Source: a bacterium (lineage in GTDB: Bacteria; RBG-13-61-14; DATKZS01). From it: 21,914 bases of DNA. Shown one piece after another: positions 1 through 8,021 of the stretch (positions are counted from its first letter, which is position 1; every line of letters begins with the position of its first letter). The position numbers and the translations under genes are program-made. The notes beneath the pieces were generated by a model. The model saw nothing but the letters and a program-made list of their open reading frames with translations, was not told the DNA's origin and did not search any database. The stretch lies in contig JAWOBU010000047.1 of NCBI GenBank assembly GCA_046484135.1, positions 1 through 21,914 on the forward strand. Reading direction: 5' to 3'.

Positions 1-2
1 TT

Positions 3-251
3 CTTCTCGAGAGCCCGGCGACCAAATGGATCAAGCCGGTGATAGTGGTAACCGCGCCGGACGAGGAGAAGGCCCGCCGGGTGGCACTCCGGGACGGCTT
101 GAGCGGCGATGATGTCATGGCCCGCATCAAGTCGCAGTGGTCGGACGATGAGCGCGCCGCGCTTGCCGACTTTGTAATAGACAACTCAGGAGACCTGGAT
201 CACCTGCGGGAGCAGGTGGACGAGGTGTGGCGGAAGATTACCGAAAGCTGA
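3..251 (+). CDS. coaE: Dephospho-CoA kinase, C-terminal part (5' end lies outside the window)
   Basis: Frame is open from the window edge: LLESPATKWIKPVIVVTAPDEEKARRVALRDGLS...ARIKSQW...ADFVIDNSGDL, matching the CoaE C-terminal pattern (RDG.S, RI.xQ, AD.VIDNSG). Stop TGA at 249-251. Confidence 0.88.
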   Translation, partial: LLESPATKWIKPVIVVTAPDEEKARRVALRDGLSGDDVMARIKSQWSDDERAALADFVIDNSGDLDHLREQVDEVWRKITES

Positions 252-1474
252 TGAAGATACTTGTCATAAACACGGGCAGCTCTTCCATCAAGTACCAGCT
301 TTTTGACATGGAGAGCATCGAGGTCGAGGCCCGCGGGGTAGTCGAACGGATAGGGGAAGAGGAGAGCCGGTTGAGCCATGAGCTGGGGCGGGGCCGCGGT
401 GCCGGCGGCAGCCTGGTCCACAAGGAGCATATAACAGACCATGAGAAAGGCATGTCCCATATCGCGCGGGTCCTGACCGACCAGGAGAAGGGGGCCATCC
501 GCGACCGGCAGGAGATCGGCGCGGTGGGCCACCGAGTGGTCCACGGAGGCGAGAGTTTTCTTGCTCCCGCTCTTATAGACGACTCGGTGATCGAGGCGAT
601 CCGGGACAACATCCCGTTGGCTCCTCTTCACAACCCTGCCAACCTGACCGGCATAGAGGTCGCCCGGCACCTATTCTCGGGCATTCCGCAGGTGGCTGTG
701 TTCGATACCGACTTCCATCACACCATGCCGCCTTACGCCTACCATTACGGGATCCCCTACGACTATTATAAAAAGCACAAGCTCCGGAAGTACGGCTTCC
801 ACGGGACCTCCCACCGATTCGTGGCCCGGGAAGCCGCCCGGTGGCTCGGCAGGCCCCTGTCGGAGCTGAACCTCATAACCGTGCATCTCGGCAACGGCTC
901 GTCCGTGGCGGCCCTCCGGGAAGGCAAGAGCGTGGACACCTCCATGGGGCTCACGCCGCTGGAGGGCCTGGTCATGGGGACCAGGTGCGGGGACCTGGAC
1001 CCCTCCATCTACTTCTACCTGTCCGAGTACTGCCACATGAGCGTGCCCGAGATTGACGCTCTCATGAACAAGGAAAGCGGGCTTAAGGGATTCACCGGCA
1101 CCAATGACGTGCGGGAGATCATGGCCCGCCGCGAAAGGGGCGATGAGATGGCCCGGCTGGCCCTCCAGGTCTTTTGTTACCGCATCCGGAAGTACGTGGG
1201 GGCCTATTACGCGGTGCTGGGCCGGGTGGACGCCATCGTGTTCACCGCGGGGGTGGGCGAGAACAACCCCTCCATCCGGGAGGAGTCGCTTTCGGGGCTC
1301 GAGCGGCTGGGAATAGAGGTGGACCCGCAAAAAAACCAGGGGAAATGCGAAGGCAAGCCGCTTTCCATAAGCGCCGGCAATAGCGAGGTAGAACTCCTCG
1401 TCATCCCCACCAATGAGGAGCTCGAGATAGCCAATCAAACCATGGCCACGGTGGGACACGCGCAGAACCGCTAA
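251..1474 (+). CDS. ackA: Acetate kinase
   Basis: MKILVINTGSSSIKYQL start, GHRVVHGG, PLAPLHNPANL, YGFHGTSH, HLGNGSS, DTSMGLTPLEGLVMGTRCGDLDP, FTAGVGEN, IPTNEEL. True start is ATG 251 (TGATG overlap with the coaE stop) rather than 227. Confidence 0.97.
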   Translation: MKILVINTGSSSIKYQLFDMESIEVEARGVVERIGEEESRLSHELGRGRGAGGSLVHKEHITDHEKGMSHIARVLTDQEKGAIRDRQEIGAVGHRVVHGGESFLAPALIDDSVIEAIRDNIPLAPLHNPANLTGIEVARHLFSGIPQVAVFDTDFHHTMPPYAYHYGIPYDYYKKHKLRKYGFHGTSHRFVAREAARWLGRPLSELNLITVHLGNGSSVAALREGKSVDTSMGLTPLEGLVMGTRCGDLDPSIYFYLSEYCHMSVPEIDALMNKESGLKGFTGTNDVREIMARRERGDEMARLALQVFCYRIRKYVGAYYAVLGRVDAIVFTAGVGENNPSIREESLSGLERLGIEVDPQKNQGKCEGKPLSISAGNSEVELLVIPTNEELEIANQTMATVGHAQNR

Positions 1475-1488
1475 CCGGGCGGGTCTGC
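1462..1488. terminator. Imperfect hairpin between the convergent ackA and PRTase genes
   Basis: GCAGA-A-CCGC / GCGG-G-TCTGC around a 7-nt loop containing the ackA stop codon; no U-tract on either strand. Confidence 0.3.
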
Positions 1489-1499
1489 CGAGTAATAAC

Positions 1500-2201
1500 T
1501 TACCCTTTTTCCATCTCTTCCAGGATGTTCAGCACGTCCTCGTCCGAGAGATCGTACCAGTGCTCGTACGCTTCAGCCACTGCAAAGCTCATCCCGGCCC
1601 TTATGTTGGGACAGACCAGGTGGTCCGAGCTCCGGGCCAGCCGAGCGGCAGTGGAAAGATGAGCAGTGGGAGCGGCAACAGTAACCGTCCTGCACCCGCG
1701 CTCCTTTGTCCTGGCCACCGCGGCCTGCATGGTGTAGCCGGACGCCAGCCCGTCGTCAACCACTACCACGTGCCTGCCGCCGACATCAGGCAAGGGGCGG
1801 CCCTGCCGGAAGACCTGCTCGCGGCGGCGTAGCTCCGAGCGCGTCTTCTCCTCCGCCTCCCGCACCTGGGAGGAAGTCAGGCCGATGCTCTCCACCAGGT
1901 CGTGGTTTAAAAACACCGGTCCTTCAGTGGTGCAGGCGCCGAACCCGGCCTCGGTGTTGCCCGGTATCTGGAGCTTGCGGACCAAGACCATATCAAAGTC
2001 CCAGGAGAGGTCCCTGCATACCCGGGCGGCAACCGGCACACCTCCCGCAGGGATGGCCAGGACCAGGGGATCATCAAGCTCGAGGCTTTGTAAGTGCGAA
2101 GCCAGAACACGCCCGGCGTCGTCCCGGTCCTTAAAAACCCCGGGCTTGTCCCGCAAAGTGGAATCCTCGACAACATTCTCCGGCAATCTTGTCATGCGCA
2201 T
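1500..2201 (-). CDS. Type I phosphoribosyltransferase family protein (substrate unknown)
   Basis: FKDRDDAGRVLA N-terminal motif, VLAIPAGGVPVA, VRKLQIPGNTEAGFGA, PRPP-binding VVVVDDGLASGYTM. Start at ATG 2201 or 2195. Confidence 0.9.
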   Translation of the reverse strand: MRMTRLPENVVEDSTLRDKPGVFKDRDDAGRVLASHLQSLELDDPLVLAIPAGGVPVAARVCRDLSWDFDMVLVRKLQIPGNTEAGFGACTTEGPVFLNHDLVESIGLTSSQVREAEEKTRSELRRREQVFRQGRPLPDVGGRHVVVVDDGLASGYTMQAAVARTKERGCRTVTVAAPTAHLSTAARLARSSDHLVCPNIRAGMSFAVAEAYEHWYDLSDEDVLNILEEMEKG

Positions 2202-2207
2202 GTGATA

Positions 2208-2235
2208 AAACTAATCATTCGGAAATGATGGTCAA
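2208..2235 (-). promoter_or_regulatory. Putative sigma70 promoter of the PRTase gene
   Basis: Minus strand TTGACC (2235-2230), 16-nt spacer, TAGTTT (2213-2208). Confidence 0.4.
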
Positions 2236-2281
2236 GGCCGTGTTGTTACAGGGGTTGAGCTCCAAAACAGGTGGCTGCCCC

Positions 2282-3421
2282 CTATCTTCTCTTCATGGCC
2301 TCGCGGTGGATGACCATTCTCTGGACCTCGCTGGTGCCTTCGTAGATGGTGGTCACGCGGGCGTCGCGGTAGATGCGCTCGACCGGGAACTCGGTTGTAA
2401 AGCCGTATCCTCCGTGCACCTGGAGCGCGTTGTATGCGGCGCGGTTGGCCGCTTCGGAGGCAAAGAGCTTGGCCATGGAGGCCTCAGCGGTGTACTCTCT
2501 CCCCTGGTCCTTCATGGAAGCTGCGGATAAAGTCATGAGCTTTGCCGCTTCGTAGTCGGTGGCCATGTCCGCTATCATCCACTGTATGGCCTGGTGTCCG
2601 GACAGGGGCTTATTGAACTGTCTTCTTTCGCTTGCGTAGTTTCTTGCCATGTCCAGGCAGGCCCGGATCATGCCGGTTGCCTGGGCCGCGATCCCTATCC
2701 TGCCGGAGTCGAGCGCCTGGGCGATGACCTTGAAGCCGTCTCCCTCTTTGCCGATGCGGTTTTCTTCCGGTACCCGGCAGTCTTCGAGCAGTATCTCGAC
2801 GGTGTCGCTTCCCCGCAGTCCCATCTTTTCGAGCTTTCTTCCTACTGAAAGCCCCGGCGTTCCCTTTTCCACGGCAAAGGCGGAGAGTCCCTTGCTTCCG
2901 CCTTCAGCGGTCCTGGCCAACACGATAATTATGCCGGCTTTCGAGCCGTTAGTGATAAAGAGTTTGGACCCGTTCAAAAGGTAGTGGTCTTTTTTCTTTT
3001 CCGCCTTCAACCGTACTTCGGAGAGGTTCGATCCTGCGGCGGGCTCAGTAAGGGCGAAGGCTCCCAGCATTTCTCCGGATGCCAGGGGGGTGAGCAGTCT
3101 TTCTTTCTGCTCGTCGGCGCCGTGGTTCAAAAGCGGCTCGCAAGAGAGGTTGGTAACACTCATGGTAACCGCGGTGGATGCGCATGCGTAGGCGATCTCC
3201 ATGAGTGCGAGCACATATGCGACCGCGCCCACCTGGGAGCCGCCGTACTCGGCCGGGACCATCATTCCCAGTAGTCCCAGGCGGGCCATCTCCTTTATGA
3301 GCTCGTCCGGGAACTCTCCGGTCTTGTCTCGCTCTTCCGCCTGGGGCGCGACCTGGCGGCGGGAAAACTGCTCGACCATGGCCCGGATCATCTCCTGTTC
3401 TTCAGTAGTCGGGAAATACAT
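2282..3421 (-). CDS. Acyl-CoA dehydrogenase (short/branched-chain, butyryl-CoA dehydrogenase-like)
   Basis: GAFALTEPAAGS, LNGSKLFITNG, KMGLRGSDT, GRIGIAAQA, R.QF, QVHGGYGF, YRDARVTTIYEGTSEVQR. Confidence 0.96.
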   Translation of the reverse strand: MYFPTTEEQEMIRAMVEQFSRRQVAPQAEERDKTGEFPDELIKEMARLGLLGMMVPAEYGGSQVGAVAYVLALMEIAYACASTAVTMSVTNLSCEPLLNHGADEQKERLLTPLASGEMLGAFALTEPAAGSNLSEVRLKAEKKKDHYLLNGSKLFITNGSKAGIIIVLARTAEGGSKGLSAFAVEKGTPGLSVGRKLEKMGLRGSDTVEILLEDCRVPEENRIGKEGDGFKVIAQALDSGRIGIAAQATGMIRACLDMARNYASERRQFNKPLSGHQAIQWMIADMATDYEAAKLMTLSAASMKDQGREYTAEASMAKLFASEAANRAAYNALQVHGGYGFTTEFPVERIYRDARVTTIYEGTSEVQRMVIHREAMKRR

Positions 3422-3431
3422 GGTTTGCGCC

Positions 3432-3980
3432 TTATGGAGTGAAGATGACCACGATAAGCTCGGTGGTCTCCGAGCCCGGGTTCTTAAGCTGGTGTTTTTT
3501 GCCGGAGTCGAACCTGATGCTCTCGCCCGGTTGCAGGGTCCTGGTTTTCTGTCCCACCTTGATCCAGAGCTTGCCGGAGAGCACGTAGATGAACTCTTCG
3601 CCTTCGTGCTGATAGCCGACCTTGCGGTGCTGGGCTTTGGGGTCTATGGTTACCCGGAAACCCATGAGGTGTTTTTCCGGGTCCTCGTCGGTCAAGGTCT
3701 GGTAAGCATAATCTTTGGTCCTTACCGCCATGGCTTTCTGCTTCTTGCCGGGTGAGCTCTTCAGCGGCTTGTCCGCCAGGAACGCGGAAGGGTCCACCGA
3801 CAGTGTCCGGGCCAGGGTGATGATCTCGGACACGTGGGGAAAAACCTTCTCCTCCTCCAACTCGGCGAGATAGGAAGGCTCCATGCCCACCTGCTCGCCC
3901 AGGTCTTCCAGGGACAATCCTTCGCCCTCCCGGAGCTTGCGAAGCCGGGCGCCGAAGGTGTCCCGTTCTTTACTGGTCAT
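3432..3980 (-). CDS. XRE-family HTH transcriptional regulator with C-terminal cupin domain
   Basis: FGARLRKLRE.EGLSLEDLGEQVGM...YLAELE HTH; cupin HEGEEFIYVLSG...LQPGESIRFDS..KH. Start re-assigned to ATG 3980 with GGAGG just upstream; the longer 4079 start overlaps the kinase gene. Confidence 0.92.
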   Translation of the reverse strand: MTSKERDTFGARLRKLREGEGLSLEDLGEQVGMEPSYLAELEEEKVFPHVSEIITLARTLSVDPSAFLADKPLKSSPGKKQKAMAVRTKDYAYQTLTDEDPEKHLMGFRVTIDPKAQHRKVGYQHEGEEFIYVLSGKLWIKVGQKTRTLQPGESIRFDSGKKHQLKNPGSETTELIVVIFTP

Positions 3981-3996
3981 ACCGTCCTCCTTCCGA

Positions 3997-6900
3997 TCAT
4001 TTTTCTTGCCGCTCCTCCTGCCCGAAAGTAAGGTTGAACCCGGACAGGCCCAGGGCGGTGCGGCTTCCGAGCTTTTCAAGTATCGCCCCGTAATCGCCGT
4101 GCAGGAACTCGTCCGGCAGCGGAAGGCCTACTGCGGAACGATCCCGACCCGCGGAGAGCAGTAGGTCCTCTTGCGGCGCGAACTCGAGGTCAGCCACGTT
4201 CTTGACGTGCGGGCGCAAAGATAGAATGCAATGGTTCGAAAGCGGGCCTTTTGTTTGCGAGAGACGCCACAGTTTCATCCCGCCCTCTTCGCTGCCGGTG
4301 GCGAGGTAAAGTCTTCCGTTTCTTTTCATGAACGCCGCTGAGTTCACCGCGCTTTGGTGGGTCTTGAACGAGCCGAGCGGCTTTCCGGTTTCGAGCTGCC
4401 ATGCCCTGATCGTTCCCTTGGCGTCCCCGGCCAGGACCATGGAGTTGTTCGGAGATATCTCCACCGACATGACCATGTCCTCTCCTTTGGAAAAGGTGTG
4501 CACAGTTGTCCCGGTTTCCAGGTCCCATACCTTTATCACCGGCACTATCTTGGTCTCCTCATCTGCCTCCGTTGATTTCATGCCGGAGGAGACCGCAACA
4601 GCGCCGTCGTCGGATATGGCTGCGGCCATGATCATGTTGTCATGGGCGGGAACGCTCATAAGGTTATCTCCGGAGGGCACGGCCCACAATTTCAGGGCAT
4701 TGTCAGCTCCCGCGGACAGGACCACATTCTTTTCGGCCGGCGCGTCCAGCGCCTTTATCATGCCCTTATGCGCGGCAATGGACTTGACCGTCTCTCCTGT
4801 CTTTGCGTTGTAAAACTCAATGCTCCCGTCCGGGCAGGCCCCCATTACCAGTGAGCCGTCCGAAGAAAACGCCGCGGCCTGGAAGTCGGCGTCGTCTTTA
4901 AAAAGCTCGCGGACCAGGCGCAACGGCCTCCTGGACCATATCTTGATCTTCTCGGCCGAGCCCGCGGTAAGAAAGCGTTCTCCGTCGGGGGAGAAGGCCA
5001 CCACGTTTATCTTTTTGTCAAAGCCCTCGAGCTTCATAACACCGGCCGGGTTTCGTAAGAGCCACAGCCGGAGCTTTTTGTCGCTGCCCGCGGTCATGAT
5101 ATGAGAGCCGTCCGGCGAGAAGCGAAGAGCGGTTACACTGCCGTTTACTACCGTCATGGTGTCCATGCACTCGCCTTCATGCAGGTCCCAGAGCTTTATC
5201 TCGCCCTTTCGGCATTTGCTCGCTTCCATCCGGCCGCACCCCGCGGACACGGCATAGGTCCCGCCCGGAGACACGTCCACGAGTTCCACCGCGCTCTCGT
5301 GGCCGGTCAAGGTCCTTTCCGCTCCTTGCCCGAGCGGCCATAGCTTTATCATTCCCTCTCGGCAGTGTCCTTCCACCGCCTTTGCGCATCCTCCGGCCAC
5401 CACGTACCGCTCGTCCGGCGAGAACGCGGCGCTGTAAATCCCGCCTTGCTCGTGCGAAAACGTCCTCTTCTTTTCGCCGGTGCCGGCGGACCACAGGATC
5501 AGGGTCTCGTCTTCTCCCCCGGTCAGAAGGTAAGAGCCGGAGGGGGAAAAGGCCACCGAGGTTATGGCGCCGTTATGTCCCTGGAAGCTCTGCACCACTT
5601 CGCCCGTGTCCATGGACCGGAGCAGGGCCTCGCCCGTGAAGCAGCTATAGCCGGCCCTGCGGCCGCAGCCGCCGGAGAGGGCCTGCTTTCCGTCCGGGGA
5701 GTAGGCTATGGTCCGCACTTCCCCTTTATGGCCGGGCAGTATCTTTACGTACTCGCCTTTTTTGACCGACCACAGCTTCATCTCGCCCTTTATACATTCG
5801 CCCGTCCGGGTGGATTCCCCGCAACTGCCGGTCAGAAAGCGGTCTCCGGCCGGAGAGACCGCGAGAGCGTTTATGCGCCAGCGCGAGCCCACGTACTTCT
5901 CTTTCAGCTTGCCGGTTTCAACCGACCACAGCCGGACCTCGCTCTTGTCGCAGGCGCCTTTTTCTTTAGCGGCGCAGCTCGCGGAAAGCACCCATTTGCC
6001 GTCGGGGGAGAACCCGGCGGCGCGAGGCTTATAAGGATGTCCGGCAAGGGTCTTGGAAAGCACGGGATGGACCGGTGTGGTCATTACCTTGTAAAGGGCG
6101 TTCCTGGTTTTTTCCCGGTCTTCCAGCTCTGCGGACCGTGCAAAGAAGACCATGGCCTCGTTCAGGCGGGTGTCCTTTTGCGCGCGGAGGCCGTACTGGA
6201 AGAACGCCTGGGAGAGGTGTTTGCGGGCCCGGTCGCGCTCTTCGGTTGCCACCTTCTTCTGCTCCATGGCCACGGCCTTTTGTTCGAGGGCCTGTTCTTT
6301 TTCCTCGCCGATCCTGATGTACGACCACACCGCCAGGGAAGCCAGGACGATAAGAGCCAGGAGTACCGTGCTCACCAGCGGCCAATGCTTGCGCATCCAC
6401 TTCCAGGCCAGCAACGCCATGTTGTACTCGTACGCGGAAACCAGACCCCCGGTCTGGAACCGGACCACGTCTTCCGCGACCTCGCCGGCGTCGGCGTAGC
6501 GGTCCTTGCTCTCTTTTTGCAGGCACTTCTCGCAGATGGCCGCCAGCTCCTGCGGTACCGCCGGCTCCTGCTTGCGCACGGGCGGCACCGGGTCGGAGAG
6601 GACCATGCCCAGGATGGCGTAGGCGTTGGTCCCGCTGTAAGGCGGATTTCCGGTAAGTATCTCGTAAAGGACCGCGCCCAGCGAGTACACATCCGATCGC
6701 TCGTCAATGTCTTCGATCCTTCCGTCCGCCTGCTCCGGCGGCATGTAGGAGGGGGTCCCGATAGGTTTTCCGGTGATGGTCTGTTCGCCTGATGCCTCCC
6801 TGATGAGCTTTAGGCCTTTTTCCAGCTCGTTGGCCCTCTTGTCCTCGATGCCCTTGATCTTGGCCAGGCCCCAGTCCAGGAGCACGGTCTCGCCGAACTC

Positions 6901-7818
6901 TCCCAACATGACGTTCTGAGGTTTGATGTCGCGGTGGACCACGCCCCTCGAGTGGGCGAAGGCCAGCGCATTGCACAGGTCCAGGAAGTGGGGAAGAAGC
7001 CGCAGTCTCTCCTGCAGGTTCTCGCACTCGTGGATGCGGTCGTAGAGCGTTCTTCCCCGGACCAGGCGCATGGTGTAGTAAAGCGAGCCGTCCGGTCGCT
7101 TTCCTACCTCGTAGACCGGCACAATGCCCGGATGCTCGAGCTGGCCGGTGATGCGGGCCTCCTGCAAAAACCGGCCGGTGATGGCGGCCGTGGTCTTCAG
7201 AGGAGAAGACACCGATGGTATGGACCCGCTGGCGTCCGGCAGCAGCTCTTTCAAGGCCACGTCCCTGCCGATGTGCTCGTCAAAGGCGAGCAACACCCTG
7301 CCGATCCCTCCACGGCCCTGCTCGCTCTTTATGGTGTAGCGCCCTTCCTGTTCTGCGGTTACGGCAGAGGCGTCTTCCAGCACCCGCTCGGGAACAGGAC
7401 CCTCCTTGCCCTGCGCTCCCTGTCCTTCGCCGGTAGTGTGGCCTCCAAAGGAGTCAAGAGCGCCGTCCTTACCGGAAGGAAGTCCTTCTCCCTCGGCCTT
7501 CCCTTCTGCGCCCTCGCCGGAGTCCACACCATAGCCGATGGACTCGAGCGCGGTCCCCGGTCCGCCAAAAGCCGCCAGGGAAGCGTGCGGGTCTCCTTTA
7601 TGAGCATTAAGCTGGACCTCTACTGCGTCCCGGATGAGTTTCTCCTGCTCCGGGCTTATGTATTCCAGCTCCAGTAGGACCTCGGCAAGGCTCTTCGATG
7701 GGTCCGTCTCCCGCGAAAGAGCATCCGCGAGCTGATCCTGGCTTATGAGCTTTAGCTCCGCGGCCATGACTCCAAAAAGCAGACTTTTCTCGTCGCGGCC
7801 CTTTCCACTGCCGGTCAT
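3997..7818 (-). CDS. Hanks-type Ser/Thr protein kinase with a transmembrane helix and ~14 C-terminal WD40 repeats
   Basis: GRGGIGRV, VALKE, HPGIVPVYE, HRDIKPQN, DWGLAK, GTPSYMPPEQ, SDVYSLG; hydrophobic segment WPLVSTVLLALIVLASLAVWSYI (~6315-6390); short coiled coil; then 14 GH...FSPDG...LW-type repeats (~6045-4130). GGAGG precedes the ATG. Confidence 0.95.
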   Translation of the reverse strand: MTGSGKGRDEKSLLFGVMAAELKLISQDQLADALSRETDPSKSLAEVLLELEYISPEQEKLIRDAVEVQLNAHKGDPHASLAAFGGPGTALESIGYGVDSGEGAEGKAEGEGLPSGKDGALDSFGGHTTGEGQGAQGKEGPVPERVLEDASAVTAEQEGRYTIKSEQGRGGIGRVLLAFDEHIGRDVALKELLPDASGSIPSVSSPLKTTAAITGRFLQEARITGQLEHPGIVPVYEVGKRPDGSLYYTMRLVRGRTLYDRIHECENLQERLRLLPHFLDLCNALAFAHSRGVVHRDIKPQNVMLGEFGETVLLDWGLAKIKGIEDKRANELEKGLKLIREASGEQTITGKPIGTPSYMPPEQADGRIEDIDERSDVYSLGAVLYEILTGNPPYSGTNAYAILGMVLSDPVPPVRKQEPAVPQELAAICEKCLQKESKDRYADAGEVAEDVVRFQTGGLVSAYEYNMALLAWKWMRKHWPLVSTVLLALIVLASLAVWSYIRIGEEKEQALEQKAVAMEQKKVATEERDRARKHLSQAFFQYGLRAQKDTRLNEAMVFFARSAELEDREKTRNALYKVMTTPVHPVLSKTLAGHPYKPRAAGFSPDGKWVLSASCAAKEKGACDKSEVRLWSVETGKLKEKYVGSRWRINALAVSPAGDRFLTGSCGESTRTGECIKGEMKLWSVKKGEYVKILPGHKGEVRTIAYSPDGKQALSGGCGRRAGYSCFTGEALLRSMDTGEVVQSFQGHNGAITSVAFSPSGSYLLTGGEDETLILWSAGTGEKKRTFSHEQGGIYSAAFSPDERYVVAGGCAKAVEGHCREGMIKLWPLGQGAERTLTGHESAVELVDVSPGGTYAVSAGCGRMEASKCRKGEIKLWDLHEGECMDTMTVVNGSVTALRFSPDGSHIMTAGSDKKLRLWLLRNPAGVMKLEGFDKKINVVAFSPDGERFLTAGSAEKIKIWSRRPLRLVRELFKDDADFQAAAFSSDGSLVMGACPDGSIEFYNAKTGETVKSIAAHKGMIKALDAPAEKNVVLSAGADNALKLWAVPSGDNLMSVPAHDNMIMAAAISDDGAVAVSSGMKSTEADEETKIVPVIKVWDLETGTTVHTFSKGEDMVMSVEISPNNSMVLAGDAKGTIRAWQLETGKPLGSFKTHQSAVNSAAFMKRNGRLYLATGSEEGGMKLWRLSQTKGPLSNHCILSLRPHVKNVADLEFAPQEDLLLSAGRDRSAVGLPLPDEFLHGDYGAILEKLGSRTALGLSGFNLTFGQEERQEK

Positions 7819-7935
7819 GGCAAAACCTCCGTTTGCCTCCGAGTGCCGGACGTGCCGGCCGGTCTTTATTGTAATTCAGGAGCGGGAAGGATGAAAGAAG
7901 AAAGCTGGTCGGAGGGTGTCGCTTATCTGCTTTTC

Positions 7936-7975
7936 GTGCGAGCGACTTACAGTCGCCACTATAAGCCGCTCGCAC
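7936..7975 (-). other. 18-bp RNA hairpin between the acyl-CoA ligase and kinase genes
   Basis: Minus strand GUGCGAGCGGCUUAUAGU-GGCG-ACUGUAAGUCGCUCGCAC is fully paired with two G-U pairs; no U-tract follows. Confidence 0.6.
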
Positions 7976-8021
7976 ATCATATTTTTTCAGTCCGTATTTT
8001 TTCGGTGTCTTGCGCGGCAGT

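Noticed and set aside
200..1459. Long antisense ORFs over ackA (200-670, 671-1459) and similar ones over the kinase (5365-6792, 6934-7677), ligase (8010-8840), SLT (11935-12609), valS (14419-15183) and M23 (17109-17951)
   Set aside because: Shadow frames of well-supported GC-rich genes; no recognisable motifs.
3981..4079. N-terminal extension of the XRE-cupin ORF
   Set aside because: Overlaps the kinase 3' end; ATG 3980 has a GGAGG site and gives a normal domain start.
4130..6045. WD40 repeats as a DNA-level tandem array, CRISPR or diversity-generating retroelement target
   Set aside because: Repeats are diverged at nucleotide level; no constant repeat-spacer pattern, template repeat or reverse transcriptase.
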